From: a virus
UHGV virus genome: UHGV-0010228
Strand: one strand, 5' to 3'
DNA: 64,000 nucleotides
Below are positions 10,012 through 18,092 of the stretch, piece after piece. The position numbers and the translations under genes were made by a program. Below the pieces are notes generated by a model. The model worked only from the letters and a program-made list of their open reading frames with translations. It ran no database searches and was not told the origin of the DNA. The number at the start of each line of letters is the position of its first letter. Position 1 is the stretch's first letter.

Positions 10012-10680
10012 ATGAGTATTGATTGGAATTTTAGTCGCGAATTATCAGCGATTCATATTTATGGAGAAGCTAATTTAGAAAACATTTATGTTGGAGAAGA
10101 TAAGCGTAATTATTTCATATGTAATATTGATGACAGCAATATATCAATAGCAAGAGAAATATTTGATAGATTAGAACCATGTGAAGGATCTATACATAGC
10201 AGTATTGAGATTGAAGATCCAGATGAAAAGTTCAAGAAATGGGTTGAAATTGTGAATTCAAAATTAATTGGACCTCCAGATAGTGAATGTGCAGAAGCAC
10301 TATACGGAAATATGATGCTAGATTTTGTGAAATATACTGAATATGGTGGAGATTGTGTTCATAAGTATCATTTTATGTTACCTAATCATAATATTCCATT
10401 TAATTCTAATAATGTAATTGAGTTAACTTTTGATAAATTATATAAATTGATAACATCAGATTTACCACATAGTGCAATTATATCTATTTTAGTAAGTAGT
10501 GGCATTTGTGGTAAAGTGATGCATCGAGCAGGATTTTATAAAAATCTCACAACCGCAGAAATTGAAGATAAATATATTGAATTAGTTAGTCGATCATATA
10601 TAAAATGGATTAGAACTCATACATTATATGATGAGATTTATTGGAATCTGGCTAAAACTGTCAGGTTGGGATTTAGATAA
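10012..10680 (+). CDS. hypothetical protein
   Basis: GGGAGG RBS, 222-aa ORF, terminator downstream. Confidence 0.6.
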   Translation: MSIDWNFSRELSAIHIYGEANLENIYVGEDKRNYFICNIDDSNISIAREIFDRLEPCEGSIHSSIEIEDPDEKFKKWVEIVNSKLIGPPDSECAEALYGNMMLDFVKYTEYGGDCVHKYHFMLPNHNIPFNSNNVIELTFDKLYKLITSDLPHSAIISILVSSGICGKVMHRAGFYKNLTTAEIEDKYIELVSRSYIKWIRTHTLYDEIYWNLAKTVRLGFR

Positions 10681-10755
10681 ACATCATAGTAAGAGGGCAT
10701 TTAATGGTTCTCTTTAGGTTCATTTAATTTTCCTTTTCATGATTTAACCCGAAAT

Positions 10756-10795
10756 AATAGGAGTATTCTATTTAGAATACTCCTATTATTTTTTA
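10756..10795 (+). terminator. intrinsic terminator
   Basis: aataggagtattct-attt-agaatactcctatt stem followed by attttttat. Confidence 0.7.
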
Positions 10796-10858
10796 TATCG
10801 CTCAGATACCCAAAACATTTCTTTAAATAATTCATTGAAAGGAGATGAACTATGAGCC

Positions 10859-13800
10859 GTGCGAAAGGTTAAATATTATAAATGCCCAGTGTGTGGAATG
10901 AAGTATCAATCATTAACAACCTGGACAAATCATCTTAATAAACAGCACCCGAACCAATTACCAAAAGGTTTCACTCCTGCACAGTATTTTTACTATTTAC
11001 AAACTGGAAAAGATCATGGGACTTGTATAGTATGTAAAAATCCAACTAAGTGGAATGAAGCTACTGGTAAATATGATAGATTCTGTGATAACCCAAATTG
11101 TAAAAAAGAATATCGTGAGTTATTTAAAAAACGAATGATTGGTAAATATGGAAAATCAACACTATTAGATGATCCTGCTCAACAGCGTAAAATGCTAGCC
11201 GGTAAAAAGAATAGTGGAATGTATGAATTTGAAGATGGTGGTAAGGTTGAATTTGTATCTACATACGAAAAAGACTTTTTACAGATGTTAGATAAATTTC
11301 TTCATTTTTCATCTTCTGACATTATGGGTCCATCACCACATACATATTATTATGAATATAAAAATCCTGAAGATTTAGAAAATGAAGGAAAGAAATTCTA
11401 TATCCCAGATTATTATATTCCATCTATTAATCTTGAAATAGAGATAAAGCAAAATACATCTACGCATCCAAAGATTCTTAGAATAGATAAGGTAAAAGAA
11501 AAAGAAAAAGATGCGATGATGAAAACTATAAGAGGTGTTCGTTATATTAAGATAATGGATAAAGATTATAGCAATTTCTTTGATCTTTTACTTAAGTTAA
11601 AAGAAGAGGCTATAGGGGATTCATCTGCATTAGAATTTGTAGTAGAAGATGCAAGATCTAATGGAGAAATCTGTTTAGAAAGTAAACGATCTGAATTACC
11701 TGATAGTGCATTTGGAATATCATCTGAAAGAAAATTTCCATTGGATACTCCGGATCATGTATTATCTGCTATTAAATTTTTTAATTATGCCAAACCTAGT
11801 GAAGAAAAAGAATTAGCCGGTAAAATAATAAAAGCAATTAAAAAATTTAATATCGAAAATGATGTATCGTTTAGTGATAAGAATAGATTCTCCAAATATT
11901 ACAATATGCCAGCAAATGAAATGCTTGGAAATTTTAGTCCTAAGAAGATTATTAAAGGAATTGCTAATCTATTCAACTTAAGTAAACCTATTGAGACTGG
12001 AATTGTTAATACTAGTTACAGCGAAATTCTTGATCTCGGTAAAGGATATGGCTTATATGGTAAACCAGAAGTAAATAAGTATCTTACTTTATCAAAAGTT
12101 CATATTGATAACGTGAATGGTATAATCTCAATTCATAATATTAATTTCAATGAGTTAATATCTAGAATTAGAGATACCTATAAAGAAAGAAGACTTGATA
12201 AACTCTTTGATAGAACATATAAAGGTAGAGATATTAAAAGATTTAATGCTAAGAGGATAAGCAGATCTCAAATGAATATTACATCATTACAAGCACCAAT
12301 CTTTTTTGCATTAGAGTTGGCGGTTTTATTTAAAGAGCTTTATGATAAATATAAAACTCCTTTATACAGTCATATCGTTAAGCAACTTTATGAAAAAACC
12401 TGGTTGAAAGATAGTGATAATAGTGATCCAATTGACAGAACTCAGCCTCAATATGTCACTGATAGATTTAAAAAAGATTATACCTTAAAAGATTATCAGT
12501 TAGAATTTGTAATAAAATATCCTAAACTAAAGCATAAACTTAATTTAGACGGATATATATTAGCATTTGAGCAAGGATTAGGTAAAACTATAACTGCTGT
12601 AGCTTTAGCAGAAGCTATGTCTGATAAAATTAAGCATGTATATATTGTATGCCCTAATACATTAATGTATAATTGGAAGGAAGAAATCGCTAGCTATTTT
12701 GTAAATCCACCTGAATGTATAATATGTGGCAAAGATAAATCAAGTTCTAATACTAAATATTTCATTACTAATAATGAAGGTATTAAGAAAATGATGCCTG
12801 AAATTAAATCTTCAAGTGGTAATATGCTTATAGTTGATGAAATTCACAATTTTAGAAATTATGACGGTAAGAGAACTAAGGAATTATTGGATCTCAAAAA
12901 CAAATTAGGAACACATGATGTATTATTAATGAGTGGTACACCTATAAAAGCATTACCATCAGAAATAGCCCCTGCATTAAAATTAATAGATCCATTATTT
13001 ACAGATGATGCTGCTAAGGCATATACTAATTGCTTTAAATATGATTCATATTTAGCAATGGATATTGTAAATAATAGATTTGGACAGATAATGTATCGTA
13101 AGAAGAAAGATGAAGTTTTAAAATTACCAGAAAAACGAGAAGGCGAATTAAAGTTGGTAATTAAGAATTCTGATAAATATCTTCTTAAAAATGTAAGAGC
13201 AGTAGTAAAAGAGATATTCGAAGACGAATATGCCAAATTAGAAGAAGAAAATAAGAAGATCATACCTGAATTTAGATTTAATATCGAAAGGTATTCATTA
13301 GCTTCTAAGCAACAAACTAAATCTTATTTATCAAAGATATTATATATCAATGATGTAAATAATGATGAAGGATTTGGTGGTATGCATGAGTTAGATCAGA
13401 ACTTTATAGATACCTTTATTGATAATTATATTGCTAATAACACTACAATTCCTAAACCGCTTATAAAGACTCTTAAAGAATATGAAAAGAAATTAATATG
13501 GATGAAACGATCTGCTATGGGTAAAGCCATTGGTAGAGTTTATCCAAAATATAGAGCAGAGATGTTTAATGCTCTATTTGATGAAAATAAAGAGAGAATA
13601 TTTGAAATGATAAATAATAATATTAAAAAGACAGTAATATTCTCTCAGTCATTACCAGTTGTAAAGCACATTTATGAAACTCTTAATGCAAATGGTATAC
13701 CAACAGTTAAAATTGTTGGTGGGGTTAATCCAACTGATAGATCAGATATAATAAATAAATTCAAATACGATGAATCAGTTAGAGTTATCGTTGCAACTTC

Positions 13801-14059
13801 ACAGAGTATGTCAACTGGTGTTACGTTAACATGTGCATCATTAATGTTTTTCTTTGGACCTCCGTATCGAAGTGCAGATTATGATCAATGCTGTGATAGA
13901 ATTCATCGAATTGGACAAGATAGTGATGTTAATATTTATAATGTTACTCTTATGAGTAATGGTAAAAACTTATCTAATCGTATGGATGATATTCTAAAAT
14001 GGTCAAAAGATATGTTTGATGCTGCAATAGATTCAAATATTGATGGAGGTAATGTATAA
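10859..14059 (+). CDS. SNF2-family helicase with N-terminal C2H2 zinc finger and zinc ribbon
   Basis: CPVCGMKYQSLTTWTNHLNKQH is a perfect C-x2-C-x12-H-x4-H finger. Helicase motifs: I (GLGKT), II (LIVDEIHNF), III (LMSGTPI), VI (QCCDRIHRIGQ). Start assigned to GTG; a perfect RBS-ATG at 10852 lies in a different frame (see findings). Confidence 0.8.
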   Translation: MRKVKYYKCPVCGMKYQSLTTWTNHLNKQHPNQLPKGFTPAQYFYYLQTGKDHGTCIVCKNPTKWNEATGKYDRFCDNPNCKKEYRELFKKRMIGKYGKSTLLDDPAQQRKMLAGKKNSGMYEFEDGGKVEFVSTYEKDFLQMLDKFLHFSSSDIMGPSPHTYYYEYKNPEDLENEGKKFYIPDYYIPSINLEIEIKQNTSTHPKILRIDKVKEKEKDAMMKTIRGVRYIKIMDKDYSNFFDLLLKLKEEAIGDSSALEFVVEDARSNGEICLESKRSELPDSAFGISSERKFPLDTPDHVLSAIKFFNYAKPSEEKELAGKIIKAIKKFNIENDVSFSDKNRFSKYYNMPANEMLGNFSPKKIIKGIANLFNLSKPIETGIVNTSYSEILDLGKGYGLYGKPEVNKYLTLSKVHIDNVNGIISIHNINFNELISRIRDTYKERRLDKLFDRTYKGRDIKRFNAKRISRSQMNITSLQAPIFFALELAVLFKELYDKYKTPLYSHIVKQLYEKTWLKDSDNSDPIDRTQPQYVTDRFKKDYTLKDYQLEFVIKYPKLKHKLNLDGYILAFEQGLGKTITAVALAEAMSDKIKHVYIVCPNTLMYNWKEEIASYFVNPPECIICGKDKSSSNTKYFITNNEGIKKMMPEIKSSSGNMLIVDEIHNFRNYDGKRTKELLDLKNKLGTHDVLLMSGTPIKALPSEIAPALKLIDPLFTDDAAKAYTNCFKYDSYLAMDIVNNRFGQIMYRKKKDEVLKLPEKREGELKLVIKNSDKYLLKNVRAVVKEIFEDEYAKLEEENKKIIPEFRFNIERYSLASKQQTKSYLSKILYINDVNNDEGFGGMHELDQNFIDTFIDNYIANNTTIPKPLIKTLKEYEKKLIWMKRSAMGKAIGRVYPKYRAEMFNALFDENKERIFEMINNNIKKTVIFSQSLPVVKHIYETLNANGIPTVKIVGGVNPTDRSDIINKFKYDESVRVIVATSQSMSTGVTLTCASLMFFFGPPYRSADYDQCCDRIHRIGQDSDVNIYNVTLMSNGKNLSNRMDDILKWSKDMFDAAIDSNIDGGNV

Positions 14060-15177
14060 TGGGAAATTATTATACGATTAGACGATATGATACAAATTGT
14101 CATGTATATGAGTTTAATCCGGAAGTTGAACGGCTAGGTATTTCTATTGGAAATAAATTACGATTAACTAAATTATCATCTTTTGGTATAGACGAAGAAG
14201 AAGTTATTGATGAACATATAGTTGCTAAACTAAATGGGGGATTCTTTGATGCTTTAGTTGAAAATAAGTTCGATATCGAATCTTTCTTAGATGACGGATT
14301 ATTCTTTTCAAATTCATTTTCTGAATATCCTATATTATTATACTGGAAAGATTCTAAAAAATTAGAAGTTAAAACTAAGTTAACTAAAAAATTCTGCAAA
14401 GATCATGCTGATGAAATTGAATTTGCAGTTGGAGTTCCATATTCATTAGTAATTGATGGAGAAACTAATTTTTGCTTTTTAACAGATAAACTTAAAAAGA
14501 TATATAAAGAAGATCCATTTCAACGTGCACCAAGAACTATGATCGGCCAGAAACCAAATGGCACAATAGTTTTCGTTGCAGCTGAGGGTCGTTCATCCGA
14601 TTCAGTTGGGTTTACTATTAATCATAGTGCATATTTTATGCAAAATGATTTAGGTTGTACCACTGCTGTTATGGTAGAAGGTGGAGACAAAACTGAATTA
14701 ATGGTAAATAATAGTATAAAAAATAAACTTAGTGATGGTGAAGAAATTCCAATCTCTTCAGCATTTGTTGCTTATAGCACAACCGGCACTGAAAAGATTG
14801 AGTATTCTGGAGTTGGATATATAGTCAATCTTGCTAAAGGACAATTATTAGATTTACATAAATATCCATCTGATAATTCCAAAGTATTACATAAAATCCC
14901 CCTGGGCACACAGATAAATATCACTTCTATAGATATACAGGGACATTGGTATGAGATATCTGTATCAGAGGGGTGTGCAACATATCGCGGTTGGATTCCT
15001 CGGAGATATGTTGAAGATAAAGTTATAACAGTAAAAAATGATAATACACAATATATATCATTTAATAGAGGAATAAATGCAAATACAAACTTCAGGGTTT
15101 TATTTGAGGCTTATGGCTATTATAAGATCATGTATAATGGTGAAGAAGTTTGGATTACTGCTAAAGATGTCAAATAA
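14059..15177 (+). CDS. SH3b-domain protein, putative cell-wall binding/hydrolase-associated
   Basis: Two C-terminal bacterial SH3-like segments (GHWYEISVSEGCATYRGWIPRRYV; GYYKIMYNGEEVWI). ATG overlaps the upstream stop; GGAGG RBS. Confidence 0.65.
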   Translation: MGNYYTIRRYDTNCHVYEFNPEVERLGISIGNKLRLTKLSSFGIDEEEVIDEHIVAKLNGGFFDALVENKFDIESFLDDGLFFSNSFSEYPILLYWKDSKKLEVKTKLTKKFCKDHADEIEFAVGVPYSLVIDGETNFCFLTDKLKKIYKEDPFQRAPRTMIGQKPNGTIVFVAAEGRSSDSVGFTINHSAYFMQNDLGCTTAVMVEGGDKTELMVNNSIKNKLSDGEEIPISSAFVAYSTTGTEKIEYSGVGYIVNLAKGQLLDLHKYPSDNSKVLHKIPLGTQINITSIDIQGHWYEISVSEGCATYRGWIPRRYVEDKVITVKNDNTQYISFNRGINANTNFRVLFEAYGYYKIMYNGEEVWITAKDVK

Positions 15178-15182
15178 ATAAT

Positions 15183-15217
15183 AAAAGGTATGGTTAATAA
15201 TTAACCATACCTTTTAT
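15183..15217. terminator. bidirectional intrinsic terminator
   Basis: aaaaggtatggttaa / ttaaccatacctttt palindrome between convergent genes. Confidence 0.7.
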
Positions 15218-15223
15218 TATACT

Positions 15224-15871
15224 CTACTCTTCAACTCTATATGCACTAATTATAATTGATGAAGACTTCTTCTCATTCATAATAAGTGATATAACTTTTT
15301 TATTTTTATCTATCTCAGTTATTGGAAATATTGATTCTTTTCTAACTCTAGTATTTAATATATCTAAAGAATCTGAATCTTCCCATTCTAATACTGAGAA
15401 TATTTTATATTTATAACTACCAACTTTAGTAGTTAAATATATAGTATCATGCTCATTCAGATATTTTTCGTCGCGATAATGAATTAATCCTTTGAACATA
15501 GATCCATCTATTGGGGCTGATCCCCAAACTATTGAATATGTATCTTTAAAGTTGGAATTACATTTTGAATCTATATATATAGATCCTGTTCTTCCTACTG
15601 ACCCATCCCAGAGTCTTTGACAATACCAATCCTCATTATATGATTTCGTGATTGGATATGATATTCTGGTATTAGGTATATTTATATATCCTATTACATC
15701 ACTATTTACCTCCCTTAATTTAGATATTTTACCATAATTATCATCACCTATTTGAGCAAGTTCAGTTGCTTTGTCATATGTAACTCTGCAGTTGTGAAAA
15801 TCGCCAATTATACAACCAGTGATAACTACACATACTAGAATGATAACAGTTATTATTTTTTTAAATTTCAT
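15224..15871 (-). CDS. putative lipoprotein (signal peptide + lipobox ITGC)
   Basis: N-terminus MKFKKIITVIILVCVVITGC has a positively charged n-region, a hydrophobic core and an L-x-x-C-type lipobox. RBS GAGGT. Remote sortase-fold-like pattern but no TLxTC. Confidence 0.6.
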   Translation of the reverse strand: MKFKKIITVIILVCVVITGCIIGDFHNCRVTYDKATELAQIGDDNYGKISKLREVNSDVIGYINIPNTRISYPITKSYNEDWYCQRLWDGSVGRTGSIYIDSKCNSNFKDTYSIVWGSAPIDGSMFKGLIHYRDEKYLNEHDTIYLTTKVGSYKYKIFSVLEWEDSDSLDILNTRVRKESIFPITEIDKNKKVISLIMNEKKSSSIIISAYRVEE

Positions 15872-15872
15872 A

Positions 15873-17009
15873 TTATTTAACCTCTACATTGATTTCTGCG
15901 ATTCCTCTCCAGACTCTACGGTCAGTTTTATTAACATGATTTAGATGCCGATAATTATTTACTTTATTACACCAATCTAAATGATTAGTAACATTAATTT
16001 TACTTGGATCAATATAGCAACAAGCTGCGACTTTTTCAATATCAGACAACTTATTGAAGTTTCTTGAATCTTTCTTCAATTTCTTGTTAATCTTTCTAGT
16101 CATCTGATTTAGATTGTCATAAAAATCGTTACGTAATCGTCTAATATGCCAGTTCGGTATATTATATCTCTCTATAATTTCTGCAACTGATAAATCACGC
16201 CTGTAAATTCTAACAAGATCCTGAGTTGATAATAAATACTGTTCTATAATATCATTTATCGACTCGCATCTCTGGTGATACGATTTATTTTCGATATTAA
16301 CATTTTTATCATCATCAATATTGCTATTGTTATCATTTTTATCATCCTTTTCTACAACTTCATGATTAATATTTTTTACTTTAATATCTTCATCCTGAAT
16401 TGAATATGAATCGAGCAACTTTTCAGTTGCATTTTTCCTTGCATTATTAAATGCTTCTAATATTGCTGTACCAGTATTAGTATTAAACTGGCCATTTACA
16501 TCATTAGCGGGCTTATCCCCAATCTTAAGATTTGGATGGGTCTGACCAACTAATGTAGTCATGCAGTCCTTACTAATATTCTCACTATTGGCAATTTCAT
16601 ATGATGGTGTAAATAAATATTCCACCGATTTTAAATATGGTGGAACTTCATCCGTTAACCCCATATGAAATGCTAACGCTTTAGTCACAGCCTTCATTGT
16701 AATGGAGTCAAGCGCTCCATTTGTTTTTGTTATATATTTAGAGTTTATTGTAATAGGGCTCCAAGGCTCAATTACAGACTCTCTAAAAATATCCGTCTGC
16801 TCTCCTCTACTCATACCATTAATGCAGACCTTTATTCCAGGTCTCTTCCTTGTAGTTAATGGTACTACAGTTATTGAGTCAAATAACTGATTTGGTTCAG
16901 ATACCACTACGAGTGGTCTATTGTCAAGATACTCAAACTGAGAACCATGTAATCCAGGTTCATTTACATAAACGATTGTACCTTTTGCGAAGAAGTGATT
17001 TGTACTCAT
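15873..17009 (-). CDS. MazF/PemK-like N-terminal domain protein with long C-terminal extension (possible HTH)
   Basis: Start set at the internal ATG with AAGGAGG RBS (MSTNHFFAKGTIVYV...). N-terminus KGTIVYVNEPGLHGSQFEYLDNRPLVVVS...ITVVPLTTRKR follows the MazF/PemK consensus (GdIv.vdf.p..G.E....RP.vVlS....v.v.PlTs). C-terminal DLSVAEIIERYNIPNWHIRRL is HTH-like. Confidence 0.6.
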   Translation of the reverse strand: MSTNHFFAKGTIVYVNEPGLHGSQFEYLDNRPLVVVSEPNQLFDSITVVPLTTRKRPGIKVCINGMSRGEQTDIFRESVIEPWSPITINSKYITKTNGALDSITMKAVTKALAFHMGLTDEVPPYLKSVEYLFTPSYEIANSENISKDCMTTLVGQTHPNLKIGDKPANDVNGQFNTNTGTAILEAFNNARKNATEKLLDSYSIQDEDIKVKNINHEVVEKDDKNDNNSNIDDDKNVNIENKSYHQRCESINDIIEQYLLSTQDLVRIYRRDLSVAEIIERYNIPNWHIRRLRNDFYDNLNQMTRKINKKLKKDSRNFNKLSDIEKVAACCYIDPSKINVTNHLDWCNKVNNYRHLNHVNKTDRRVWRGIAEINVEVK

Positions 17010-17121
17010 AATAAATTCCTCCTTTTTATTATTAATCATATGAGTTGTAACTTCATTATAATAATATATACACTAAAAATCTTTTTTTTTTCGGTGTATG
17101 TTAGAACGGAGGTATTCGTAA

Positions 17122-18048
17122 ATGAAAGTTAATTATAATGCAATAATTCAATCATATGAAAATATTATTAAATGTATTACTAACGATTTCGCTGAATATT
17201 CTTATGCATATGAAGCAGCCGGAGATGAACAGCAAGATATTGATAATAATGAAGCAATGAACGCAAAAAAGAATCCAAATACTCAAATTGGAAAATTAGA
17301 AAAAACCTTTGGTACAACATTAAAAAATATAGTCGATAAAATAGTAACTACATTTAAAAGACTCATTACTAAATTATCAAATAGATTACAGTTGATATGG
17401 GAAAGCGATAAGAGATATAAGAAAGAATTACGAACTGATCAGATATCTATTAAACCGATTAAAGGAGTTCAGGTTATATCATATAGATATAACACAGCAT
17501 ACTTAAAATCTGTTAAGAGTGAACTTCATAATGCATATCAGAAAATAATGATTGGTATGACTAATATGGCACCAACTAACACAGTCGATGAGTTAAAAGA
17601 TCTAAAAAAGAGTAATCCACAAGCAATTATTAATATAATGATACAGAAAGCTACTAAGAATTCATCACTTTCATCAGCATCTGAATTTTATAATGAAATA
17701 AAAAATAAGTTTCGTGGTGAAAAAAAGAAGATGTCATGGACAGTTAATCAATTACAAACTTTAATTGCAGCATCTGAAGAATTAGGTACAGTTAGAGCAA
17801 CGTTAGAAAAATGTAAATCTGATGCTCAGAATTTCCAGAAAAATCTTGAAAGAGTAGTTAAGAATTATCAGCATCAAAATAAAGGGATTACTGATAATCA
17901 GGAAAAAGTAAAATTAATATCTCAAATCACTGAAAGAGGGTTAGTTTTATCAACATTTTACACTACTGCTATGGAATATATTGCAGAATTAGAAACTGAG
18001 AGAGTATTAGCATATAGATCAATAGTAAAAAGATTTTACAATAGATAA
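17122..18048 (+). CDS. hypothetical protein (coiled-coil rich)
   Basis: GGAGG RBS; 308-aa ORF on an otherwise minus-strand-dominated stretch. Confidence 0.65.
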   Translation: MKVNYNAIIQSYENIIKCITNDFAEYSYAYEAAGDEQQDIDNNEAMNAKKNPNTQIGKLEKTFGTTLKNIVDKIVTTFKRLITKLSNRLQLIWESDKRYKKELRTDQISIKPIKGVQVISYRYNTAYLKSVKSELHNAYQKIMIGMTNMAPTNTVDELKDLKKSNPQAIINIMIQKATKNSSLSSASEFYNEIKNKFRGEKKKMSWTVNQLQTLIAASEELGTVRATLEKCKSDAQNFQKNLERVVKNYQHQNKGITDNQEKVKLISQITERGLVLSTFYTTAMEYIAELETERVLAYRSIVKRFYNR

Positions 18049-18092
18049 TAAATCAGGATATATCCTTATGGGATATATCCTAATACTTTTAT

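Noticed and set aside
15224-15871. Sortase-like sequence pattern in the lipoprotein (IGYINIP..., GSIYIDS..., YKYKIFSV)
   Set aside because: No TLxTC catalytic cysteine motif and no conserved His/Arg in the expected positions, so the resemblance is not sufficient.
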